Assembly: GCA_973895155.1 (NCBI GenBank)
Contig: OZ316892.1
Coordinates: 28,358,307 to 28,422,306, forward strand
DNA from: Marsupella aquatica
Lineage: Eukaryota > Plantae > Marchantiophyta
Reading direction: 5' to 3'
Length of the DNA: 64,000 nucleotides
Shown: piece after piece, positions 37,627-48,861 of the stretch
Layout: every line of letters starts with the position of its first letter
How positions within the stretch are numbered: the first letter of the stretch is position 1
The notes under the pieces: model-generated
Databases searched by the model: none
What the model was told of the DNA's origin: nothing
What the model saw: the letters and a program-made list of their open reading frames with translations, nothing else
Program-made: the position numbers and the translations under genes

Positions 37627-38871
37627 TCAAACTTCCAGAAACGAATGCAATCCAGGCTGGTACGTGATATTTGTCGACAACCACTGACACGAGAAAGTCG
37701 TAAGTGCTGCAATTAGGCTAGCTGGTGCATCATTAACCCAGTGCCACTCCTTAGTCCGCACATTGTAGACAATTGGCGCCCGGGTGCGAAAAGGACCAGA
37801 TATATATATGCAGTCCCCATGAGCAGTCGCATCGCAGAAAAATGCAGCCACAAAGGTCATCTCGTCTGGGGCTGTAGATACCACAACAGCTATGCCACGG
37901 TCCAGGTCTAATTCAAACACAGAGACTTTCTCAAAAACCATACCTTCTATTCTGTCCAGATGGGTCACCACCAGCATCACATTGGACCCACAGACGAAAA
38001 GTTGGCAGACGCGAACAAACTCGAACGAGTACAGATTACCCGGGTGGTCCCACTCCCTGGGCTTACGTAGATGACGGATTTTCGTCCACGTATTCTCTTT
38101 CACATCGAAAGAAATTAGTTGGCCTGTACTAGAAGCTAACCGTGACAGGAGAACCATATAGAGCACACCATCTATGAAGACAACAGAACCCAAGTGTCGA
38201 CCAACGGAAGCATCCAGGGAGTCTAAAGTCCAAGCGCCACTGATAGAGTCAAAAATCTGCACACAGATATTAGGATCAAGTGTGACTAGCATCACCTTGT
38301 AAGCTTGAGTTCCTTCACAAACCACATGCACAAGCTGAGGGTATTTCATGTTGGGGCGAGTTGGCAATTGTCTCGAACTTCTTGTCAATGGATTTGTGAC
38401 ATAGGCTTGATATATAGAAGTGGGAGTCGCCAAGAGAAAATTGGAAGTCGTCCAACACAAAAGAGCTCCTGCTGCAGCCCTGAGGACCCATCTTGCAAAC
38501 CCATGATGCTGTAGATACGCGTGGTTTGGAAGAACATGCCAACGCTGGGAGCTGCTTTCATAGCCCACTAATTCCTTCTCGCGGTAGCTCACACACAAGG
38601 GAGCATAAGCCTTCCATGAGGCCGCGGCTGACCTTTGTATCTCACTCTGAAACGAGTGAGAGTAGAAATTAAGCCTCCATGATTTCGAGAGTGATGCAGC
38701 CTGAAAGAGGGACTTCATTGGCAGCCTGGCGATTATCTTTTCTAGAACAGAATCATGCAGGGTACCCCAAGTGCCCTCATCGAACACTATGCCTCGATCA
38801 GAGCGCTCTTCTTCGTCCTCGGATTGCCTCACGCGTTTGGAACTTGCACCAGAGCATTCCGCCAAGGCCAT
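37627..38871 (-). CDS. F-box protein with kelch/FBA-like C-terminal domain, 414 aa, intronless (copy A)
   Basis: F-box WGTLHDSVLEKIIARLPMKSLFQAASLSKSWR; VTNPLTR..RQLP, YKVMLV, QIFDS..GAW motifs. Confidence 0.92.
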   Translation of the reverse strand: MALAECSGASSKRVRQSEDEEERSDRGIVFDEGTWGTLHDSVLEKIIARLPMKSLFQAASLSKSWRLNFYSHSFQSEIQRSAAASWKAYAPLCVSYREKELVGYESSSQRWHVLPNHAYLQHHGFARWVLRAAAGALLCWTTSNFLLATPTSIYQAYVTNPLTRSSRQLPTRPNMKYPQLVHVVCEGTQAYKVMLVTLDPNICVQIFDSISGAWTLDSLDASVGRHLGSVVFIDGVLYMVLLSRLASSTGQLISFDVKENTWTKIRHLRKPREWDHPGNLYSFEFVRVCQLFVCGSNVMLVVTHLDRIEGMVFEKVSVFELDLDRGIAVVVSTAPDEMTFVAAFFCDATAHGDCIYISGPFRTRAPIVYNVRTKEWHWVNDAPASLIAALTTFSCQWLSTNITYQPGLHSFLEV

Positions 38872-41800
38872 TATCCGGCTTCTTCAATTCGCGGAGTGAT
38901 AAGAGCCAAAGGATCCACCACTTCAGCCTGCGTGACACCCTCACGAGGGATCTGCGACTCTCGGTTCAGGAAACGCCTATGGCTGGTCTAACCCAAACGA
39001 GCTGCGATGCTTATTCACCAAGGTTTGCAGTTTGCAAGGTGTAGTAGGAAAGCACCTCCATGCTGCAGTCCGAATTGAAAAATCACTCGAGGTGGAGAAA
39101 AATGATCAGCTCACCTAAACTTCAGATGATCGCAGCAGTACAGACTTGGTACGATTGCAGAGCCTAATCCCGAGAATTCACAGCGAAAGCCATAATCTTT
39201 GGACCCGCCCTGGCTGTGCCGACCTCCTTTCCTCGTTTGAGAGCCCATATAGTGCACAGGAGAATGGGCGAGATCTACATAGTATAATATCCGATCTTGC
39301 CCATACTCCTTAGTGCGGTTTTACCCGAATTATCATTGTGGCGTGTCTTTTCACGAATGGCTATCTTGGCTGGAAGGAATCATCTTTGGCGTAAGTTTTT
39401 TCGAATTGTCATTTTGGGGGAAAAAATACTGGCCATTTACTGTTTTTGTTTTTTGTTTTTGGCACCTTTCGATTGGCCCAAACACACCTCCCGAGGCCAA
39501 TCGAAATATTTAAAATTGAAGGCGGATGCACGGGACTAATTCTAGCCTGACAAAAGATTAAAATGGAAAACCGACGCTACTGAAAGTTTCGCTGACATTG
39601 AAAACTGTGATGAACCGGTAAACAGAGGATATCTGAAAACTAGCCACACTGGCCATGTTTCCAGAAGTTTCCAAAGAAGGCGACGATGATCAACAGTAGT
39701 TGCAAACGTTCACATGCTAACAAGCACTGTTGGCTTTAAGCGAAGTTGAAATTGTTGCTGCTTTCCATGGATTTGTCACGAAGATCTTACTATTCCTTAT
39801 CAATATCAAGGTGGCTCAGACACCTCAACATCGAATTCGATTATTAGACAATGACAGCTTTAAATTTTTGTCAAGGTATTGTGGTTGACACCTCCCAAAG
39901 CCCGTCAGACACTTACAAAGCATCAAAAGCAACTCTCACCAGAAGTTCCAGGACGAGGAACGAGTGGAAAAAAGAGCACATCCCAATTGGACATCTAACT
40001 TGGTTCCACTAACCGCTTAATTACAGGGTGTTCTCATTCCTCCCTAATACTTTGGATGTCCTTTACGATCCGGTGGGTGGGAAACAGCACAAGGAGAGCT
40101 TGAAGTTGCTGAAATCAAATACTTGTCATAGGTTTTGCAAGTGGAGAGATCCCCAGTATTCCAGCTAGTAAAACTCTTGTGAAGGTATCTAATGTTTTAC
40201 TAGCCTTTTTTGTGATTACTTGGATATCTCCAACACTGCACAGATTAATTCTAAGCTTGGTACACGTAACTTTATACTCGACGTGTGCGAATGAGCATCA
40301 GTAATGAAATGAATGGAAGGTCATGCTGTGAAGGTTGGAAGAATTGGAACGAAGAATCCATTTTTTGTGATCAAGTTTTGCTGTGTAAAGGGTTTCTTCC
40401 CTATGGACTGAAAAGCTTTCAAACCCTTACTATTTCATGCTCCACAAGAGCTTCCCAGTACACTAGTCATCAACTCTGAGGAATGTTTGCAGATGTGAGC
40501 AATGTTAGAGCAGGAAAGGCATTGTTTGTGAATTTAGATACGGACCTGGGTAGTTTTTTCTCAGTATGAAGATGATGCGTTTTCCAAGACAAATGAACTC
40601 TCCTTTCTAAGATGCAATGGTCAATTTTTTTGGTTACGATGCAAGTAATTCATGGTTAGAAGTTTGAAGGGAATGGTGATCGGAAAAATACTGTAAGTTG
40701 TGCTGATTCGAAACTTGAGCAGATCTGAGAAATTGGTCCAACAGATTCGAAAGGAGCAAACTTCATTTATATTCACAATAAGAAAGAATTCTTGTACAGG
40801 TCTGTAAACTGAACGATAAGGCATCTCGGTAAGGCATTTACCTTACCCAACAGACTCGTGAAAAACCTGGTTATTCAACTTTGCAGCCTTCAAAAGCCTC
40901 AACGACCACCAACGTCATAACTTGTCCGCAGGATTAGGTCCGATTTTTCAAAAGCTCCAACGTATGTAAGTGTGGTCAAATTGTGGAGGATACTCCGCGC
41001 CAGTAACGATACAACGTTGCGATCTTGGCGTTCAAGTTGAATTGATAGAATAAGTTGCTGCATCGCTCGCTGTAGTCGACGTGTGATTGTTTGGCCGTTT
41101 GATTTTAAGAAAGAGTTCGATCATGATATTCACAGAGCCAAAGACGAGAGGATTTCAGACTGGATTTCAGGGTTAATTGAAAGAAAAAATTGATCAATAC
41201 TCACGGAAAATGTTAGTATCGGTACGTACTCATAGAAGATTCACAGCAGGATAGAGAGCAACCAATTCTATAAGGATCATTCTACACAGGTCCCGATCTC
41301 TTCAATGGCGGAAGTTTCTTATTTAACTCACATGACGGACGCAATGTGGAGGGCGTGACTGCTGAAACTGAAGTGTTCATCGAGCGGCCTCAGCGCTGCA
41401 GGGAACTTGTATTGCTTTCCGCTTTGACTGGCACTAGCGTCCTACCCATTGTTATCTTTAGTCGTACTACCCGTTGTTAATCGTAAGTTGTCATTCTCTT
41501 GGGCACAATCTCTCACAGCCAACAGCCTACCCTGCCTCCTTGGCGTGAAGTTATATCTCGAGCAGGCGGCTATGTCTCGAATAAGAGGTGAACTGTGGAC
41601 ATACATCTTTGATTGCCCGTTTCATTATATGTCCTGAAAGCGAAGTGTTCATCGAGCGGGCTCAGCGCTGCAAGTGTGCATTGTGACTGAACAGCAGGGA
41701 ACTAGCATCGCTTTCCGCTTCGACATGCACTTGCGTCCTAATCCGTGGGTAATAGTAAGTGTCCGTAGTTTAGTTCCGAGCCGTCCTATAGTTATCTCTT

Positions 41801-41891
41801 AGATACCATGCTTCGAACCATTTTACTAAGTGTACCTGACACTGAAATTACAGAAAGACTATGTCATAATCAGAATAGCTTTTTGGCATCC

Positions 41892-43507
41892 ATGTCTGGT
41901 ATATTGGAGATTATAACGGCGGACCGGTTCCAGCAAGTCCATCGTCCACTCCTTGTCCAGGATTTTTCCGAGGAGATAGGTTCCGGGATATTCTTGAACG
42001 ATCCTGCTGCGAAAGGTAATCTTCTTATTGTCGACAACGCCGTCGTTCCATGTCGCGCGTACAGTTCCGATGCGCTGCCATCTCCTTCAATGCCTTCGGT
42101 AGCCAAGGAGGATCTCACGACGAGGCTCAGATATTCTCTGGCCCACCCGGATGGACCAGACCGCAATGTATGTAGTCACAACCTCTGTTACCATAATTGG
42201 TTCATTCACAAATTGAAGTTCTCATTGCATTTGTCCGTCCTACGTCGAGGAAGTGAACCAATTACGGACAAGTGATTCGACTTTAAGGTGCGCAATTGTG
42301 GCTAATCATTCTTCATGTTATTCCAGGATAGGAGCCCTGAATCATTTGCCAACGACTGCATGAGCAAAATCGCGTCATGTCCTGACCAGACAGTTGGGGA
42401 GGGAGTTGAGGAGAGTTCGTCACACCGAAGAAAACCTGATGAACTCACGAGGCTCCTGAAGGACATTGTTGGCGACATTGTTGCAAACAATGCAATCTGC
42501 ACCACGGAGAAGGGCTTTATCCCGGACAAACCGCGGCAGGTTGAAACGCATGAGTGGTGGGGAGTATGGCTCCTAGTGTCCCACATGAAACACTCATGTG
42601 CGCCTAACTGCCATCTAAGGTGAGTCGGGCAGGCGATGTTCATTCACGCTGCCACAGACATTGCAGCCGGAGAAGAGCTCACTGTTCCCTGCTTCGACAT
42701 ATTTTGGCCTCTTGGTGTCCGTGATGGGTACTGTCAAGCGCTTGGCTTCAGGTACGACTACCCAAAGTGGACGATTTAATTTGTACATGTAGAGCGAGTC
42801 GTGAACGGCGCGCTGTCGTATAGCATTGGGGGACGAATTATTGAACTGCTGTACTTTGTGTACCTTTCAGGTGTGAGTGTTGTCGATGCACATTTGAACG
42901 CTCACTTGGACAGCAGTACCACCAGATGGAGACGAAAATGTTAGATGGGACAAAGCAGCTGCGCATGGGGTGGCCATCGACTGCAACACCTGAGGACCGA
43001 CATGTCCGAATAGTACTTGAAGCTTTGGCGGACTTGGCATTTCAAGTCGAAGAATACCCAGTGGCATCGTCAGAAGAAAACCCACACACCAAATGTACCC
43101 TACGGAAAGGCTGGCTTGCAGCATCTTTCCTCCGTGCTTTCATGGCCATGCATAAACTGTGTCAGAGTACTTCATTCGACCCTTTCAGAGGTGGTTTTGA
43201 TCCTTATGTGTATATAGCAGACTTAAATAAGGGCATGTCAATAAGTAAAATTGTCGAGGCACAGACAGTATACAGAACCCTCTATACTGCAGAAATACTT
43301 CAGAGAATAATCGACGACATTCACGCGGGAGCTTTGATAGGAAGGAAATTAAAATCCGTCGCAACCTGCGTTTGCCAGAAACTTCTTGGTGATCGACTCG
43401 ACCTTGTTGTAGAGAGAGAAGCTCTACGATGGTTTGGACTTTGGGAGATGTCCCCATTCTTAAAATATTCTACAGTTTCTATTGGAGGCCTGGTTGGAGG
43501 TCAGTAG
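41892..43507 (+). pseudogene. SET-domain gene copy 2 (exons ~41892-42167, 42327-42751, 42871-43507) with premature stop
   Basis: Same intron positions and phases as copy 3. TGA at 42621-42623 where copy 3 has CGA; NHSC>KHSC; ELTVPY>ELTVPC. Confidence 0.85.
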
Positions 43508-45824
43508 TCCTCCTGGAACAGCTGGTGAACTGGTGAACGCTACAAAGCTTTGGCCAGACTTGGTGTCCCAGATTCTTTTCGTGACATTTGCTGGGGCAGG
43601 GATTCTACTCCATCGGAGTCAAAGGTCTGCAGACGACTTCTTAATTGCGACGAGTCAGAACTCGACCTCTCTCAGCAGAGCGAAGATCTAGAAAGGATTT
43701 AGATCGGATTGATTATTTCGGCCCGTGATTAAACATTGCAAACGTACTTAGGAGCACACCTTGATCCCAAGCTGCCTGAGCTATTAATTTGTCATTCTTT
43801 ATGAATCTCTTTTAAGGCACTACTACAGTCAACCTCTGTCCAGTGCTGTTGGGACCTCCCGATGGACCATCATGAAATACTAGTTTGGTCACGTCTGGTA
43901 TGATCCCGGTTTAGTATTGAGCTCCTCTTTCTGCAAGTTTGTTCGCCTGTTTGGTTTAAGTGTTCAGTGTCGCCGCTGAAACCACTGAAATAAGACAGGT
44001 CGTTGTGCCAAGTTTGTTCTAGTGACCGTCGAGTCACATGCTGTCATATAATATAATTTGAGGTACTTTCCATTCCTATAATGTCCTTCTTGCACGTCTT
44101 GTTGGTCCTCTCGGGATTGTTTTAGACTCATGTGTTCGTGTTTCAATGTTTTATGTAGCTTATTTTGTATATCTAGTAAGGTAATCATCCAAGAAATTGT
44201 TGATCTCCATCATTCTCTGTTCCATAATGTATTGGGTGTGATTTGTTGTACCCAATCCGATATTGCCTTCGATCCAATCGGATCCAAACTAGTCCAGCGA
44301 TGAAAGTAAAATACTTCAGTGATCCAGATTGTCTTCAGGAAACGTCTCAACTAGCTTTCGAGAAGGTGACATCAGAGAGCAATCCGATTAGTCAATGTTC
44401 AATTCCCCGTCGATATTTTAATCCACATTGCATTTCAAATCTTCTACGTACATGGACTCCATCACACCTCGCAGCAGACCTAAAGAGTGCGGAAAAACGG
44501 TAACCCGATACTAGTTGAGTAGCTAATCGTTGGTCGACTGTTCGGGAAGCCTCTATTTGGTCGAAACTTTCATTACTGCCGCTGGAACCGCAGATCTTGG
44601 CCGATTGTTGTGTCGAGTCTTTTCTAGTGTCCAGTCAGATGCTATCATGCATGATGTATACCTTGAACGTAAGTCTTGATCATCTTCTCCATAAATTTAG
44701 AGTCATATGTGAATGGGTGAAAGTTTGATGTAGCTTGAATACTCCGTTTCTCAAGTAATCTTACATGAAATTGGCGAGACGCCAGATGAGGAGATCCACC
44801 TATATGAAAAATTGAATCAATCTCGAGCTCGAACAAAATTGACAACAAGTAGCAGCAGCGTTCAAATGGACAAATTGAGATAACAATATGCAATTAGCAG
44901 ACAACGAAGTGGAAACATTAGAGAAGGTACTCCCTTTACATTTGTTGGGAAATATACTATGAACGCGCCAACTAAAGCCTACTCTTAAGCTAGAGCCTAG
45001 GTCGAGAGTGAAATCTCTACACGGCCGTAATTGAAGACTCTAAACCGTAACTCCCAAACATAGCCAAATAACCGAACTAATAATCATGAGACAGAAAAAG
45101 GATAAAATTAAAATGAGGGTGGACAAAGAACAAGGATGGAGGCAAAAATAAGAAAAGTGAAATTGACTCCAAATAAAGATAAAACTAAAACAAGGATGGC
45201 ATGGGCACAAATGAGCCTAAATAGCATAGTACTTTTTTATGGCAAGATATTTTTTACTTTGTATCTATTTACGTTTGAGAAATGGATAATCGGGCTAGTG
45301 AATCTAGATCTCGCAAAAATCGAGAGAAGAATGATCCAGTTGAGCAACAACGAAGTGGGAGATTGAACTCCACAGAAGATCCGCCGCCATAAGAAAGTCT
45401 TCAGAACGCAATCTTCAGCTGGATCTGATCTCAATTGAGACACCACCCCTAGTGCCAATCAGAGACACGTGAAACCCATTTTTGGAGTGGGAGTGGGACT
45501 TGGCCGGGGACTTGGCATGTTGTGGAGCCTTGGATGCAATATCGGTCGGTTGAGTTAGAAGTAGTTGCCGACCCGAGTTCCAGCAGTCCTGTGGCATATG
45601 CTGCCCCAAAGAAACTGGAAAACAGGAGGGCGGGAGAGGTTGCCACCCATCCTGAGAGCTTGTTCCATGAGGTTGCCACCGTGGCTACCTGCCCTAAACC
45701 TTAAAAAAAAACTCTTGTTCCATAAGGTGGCCACCATGGCTACCTGCTAACATAGTGCTAACGGTTAGGCCTTAGACCTTTAAAAACCCACTGAGTACAA
45801 ACATAGTTGCTCAGGGTTAGTGTC

Positions 45825-46180
45825 AGGTTATTGCAATACTCTAAGTGACATCCTGGATTGTGCACACCAGTGGGAAACTTCAATTATTTTGGGTTCTTCA
45901 AATTATCGGTTATTTCAATACTGTAGTGACATCTAGGATTGTGCAGACCCGTGGGAAACTTCAATTACTTTGAGTTCTTCAAATTATCGGTTATTGCAAT
46001 ACTATAGTGACATCCTGGTTTATGCATGACCTGTCAGTGGGAAACTTCAATAATTTAAATTTGTATTCCCCTAATTATCCCAAGGCCATGCAAGTTAGTG
46101 TCAGGTTATTGTAATAATATCCTGGTCTGTGCATGACTTGGGAATGTTACTTATTTTGTATTCCCTAAATCATCCTAAGG
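45825..46180. repeat. ~81-bp tandem repeat, 3-4 copies; single related copy at ~22905-22990
   Basis: Repeated GTTATTGCAATACT.TAGTGACATCCTGG.TTGTGCA..GTGGGAAACTTCAAT. Confidence 0.8.
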
Positions 46181-47616
46181 CCAAGTTAGTGTATACACTA
46201 AAAAGGCAGTGTTTATGTCAAGATGCTTAGAATACTCTTGACAAGCCCTACGGAAGCTCCGTATTATGGGGAACGACACATTCCAGCATCTCAAGTAGGT
46301 AGGGGCCGATTTTATGTTGGACCCTGTTGAAAATGGAATCATTAAACCAGCCAGGAATTCCTAAAGTAGAGAAATCTGAAAGGGGTGCACAAGGAGCGCT
46401 AGAAGTTCCTGAAATGGGGTGCACAAATATTTGTCATCGGTTTTGCAAGCGTGGGAGATTCCCAGTATTCCAGCTAATATAACTCTTATGAAGGTACCTA
46501 ATCTTTTACTAGCGTTTTTCTGTGATTGCTAGGATGTCTCCAACACTGCTCAAATTAATTTTAAGCTTACAACAAGTGACTATACACTGCACATGTGCAA
46601 ATCTGCATCAGTAATATGTAATAAATGGAAGGTCATGCTGTGAAGGTTCTATGAGTCATCTCATTTGAACCAAGAATTCATTTATTCTGATTATGTATCA
46701 AGTTTGGCTCTGTAAAGGGTTTCTCCCCTCTCAAATGAAATATGTGCAGTGAGGGTGGAGGGTGACCTAGGCAATGGTTGATCATTGTCATCCAGCTTTA
46801 CTGCTTTTGTTTTGTTTTGTTTTGATTTGTTTCGTGTTGTGGCAGAATTGGGCAGTCCATGGGCTATATTGGGGTAGCTATCAAGTGCACCAACCTCAAG
46901 TGATGGATGACTCTCTCAAGCAGTGGCTCAGACGGCTAGCTGAGAGGGAAACTCGACACCCATATATTCTCACTGTAAGTACCCTTTGTCACAGGTGGGC
47001 AACATCAACACTTTTGTTATTTGATTTTCATCCGTAGAATTGCGCAGAACAAACAGCAGTTGCTGATGTTGTGCGGATCAATTTGTAATGTATGTATACT
47101 TCTGAGGCAAATCTTGCATTTGAAACAGTGATGGATTGCAAAGTCATTGGGAAAGTTCTACTCACGTTACATACAACAACTTCGTGCCTTGCTGGACTCA
47201 CTGCATGAGATAATTATACTGGAGCACTTCCCATATAATCCCATGCATGTGAGGACATCTCCACGAGCCACCAAGGAAATCTCATTGCATAGCTAGTATA
47301 CAAAGAAAGGTTCCAATTCAAGACAGCATTCAAGTAAGCAATTGATTGTTACTCACGACGTTGAGGCTACGATTGCCCCAACATAATCGCTGCCACTAAT
47401 TTCCATCGTGACAAGACGTTTCCACCTTAATATGGCGACAAAAGTTCCCAATCAACTAAACCTCTTTCAATCGAGTGATCTCATTGTTCAAGCGGTGAAC
47501 CCTGAGACTCAGCCAGGAGTAGGAAAAAGAGCACATCCCAATTGTACATCTACCTGGTTCCACTAGCCGCTCGTAGGATGCTCTCATTACTCTGTAATAC
47601 TATGGACGAACAGAAA

Positions 47617-48861
47617 TCAAACTTCCAGAAACGAATGCAATCCAGGCTGGTACGTGATATTTGTAGACAACCACCGACACGAGAAAGTCGGAAGTGCTAC
47701 TGTTAGGCTAGCTGGTGCATCTTTAACCCAGTGCCACTCCTTAGTCCGCACATTGTAGACAATTGGCGCCCGGGTGCTAAAAGGACCATAAATATATATG
47801 CAGTCCCCATGAGCAGTCGCATCGCACAAAACAGCCGCCACATAGGTCATCTCGTCTGGGGCTGTAGATACCACAACAGCTATGCCACGGTCCAGGTCTA
47901 ATTCAAACACAGAGACTTTCTCAAAACTCCTACCTTCTATATGGTCCAGATGGGACACCACCAGCATCACATTGGACCCACAGACGACAAGTTCGCAGAC
48001 GCGAACAAACTCGAACGAGTACAGATTACCCGGGTGGTCCAACTCCCTGGGCTTACGTAGATGACGGATTTTCGTCCACGTATTCTCTTTCACATCGAAA
48101 GAAATTAGTTGGCCTGTACTAGAAGCTAACCATGACAGGAGAACCATATAGAGCACACCATCTATGAAGACGACAGAACCCAAGTGTCGACCAGCGGAAG
48201 CATCCAGGGAGTCCAAAGTCCAAGCGCCACTGATAGAGTCAAAAATCTGCACACAGATATTAGGCTCAAGTGTGACTAGCATCACTTTGTAAGCTTGAGT
48301 TCCTTCACAAACCACATGCACAAGCTGAGGGTATTTCATGTTGGGGCGAGTTGGCAATTGTCTCGAACTTCTTGTCAATGGATTTGTGACATAGACTTCA
48401 TATATAGAAGTGGGAGACGCCAAGGAGAAATTTGAAGTCGTCCAACACAAAAGAGCACCTGCTGAAGCCCTGAGGACCCAGGTTGCAAACCCATGATGCT
48501 GTACATACGCGTGGTTTGGAAGAACATGCCAACGTTGGGAGCTGCTTTCATACCCCACTAATTCCTTCTCGCGGTAGCTCACATGCAAGAGAGCATAAGC
48601 CTTCCATGAGGCCGCGGCTGACCTTTGTATCTCACTCTGAAATGAGTCAGAGTGGAAATTAAGCCTCCACGATTTCGAGAGTGATGCAGCCTGGAAGAGG
48701 GACTTCATTGGCAGCCTGGCGATTATCTTTTCTAGAACAGAGTCATGCAGGGTACCCCAAGTGCCCTCATCGAACACTACGCCTCGATCAGAGCGCTCTT
48801 CTTCGTCCTCGGATTGCCTCACGCGTTTGGAACTTGCACCAGAGCATTCCGCCAAGGCCAT
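47617..48861 (-). CDS. F-box protein, 414 aa, intronless (copy B)
   Basis: Same length as copy A, about 32 aa differences by manual count, F-box core identical. Confidence 0.92.
   Translation of the reverse strand: MALAECSGASSKRVRQSEDEEERSDRGVVFDEGTWGTLHDSVLEKIIARLPMKSLFQAASLSKSWRLNFHSDSFQSEIQRSAAASWKAYALLHVSYREKELVGYESSSQRWHVLPNHAYVQHHGFATWVLRASAGALLCWTTSNFSLASPTSIYEVYVTNPLTRSSRQLPTRPNMKYPQLVHVVCEGTQAYKVMLVTLEPNICVQIFDSISGAWTLDSLDASAGRHLGSVVFIDGVLYMVLLSWLASSTGQLISFDVKENTWTKIRHLRKPRELDHPGNLYSFEFVRVCELVVCGSNVMLVVSHLDHIEGRSFEKVSVFELDLDRGIAVVVSTAPDEMTYVAAVLCDATAHGDCIYIYGPFSTRAPIVYNVRTKEWHWVKDAPASLTVALPTFSCRWLSTNITYQPGLHSFLEV

Noticed and set aside
42621-42623. TGA repaired by U-to-C editing or read as selenocysteine
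   Set aside because: U-to-C editing is organellar, land plants lack Sec, and other lesions accompany the stop.
44940-45290. Insertion relative to the 54900 paralogue, starting TGTTGGG
   Set aside because: Probably a TE relic, but no matching terminus or TSD could be fixed.
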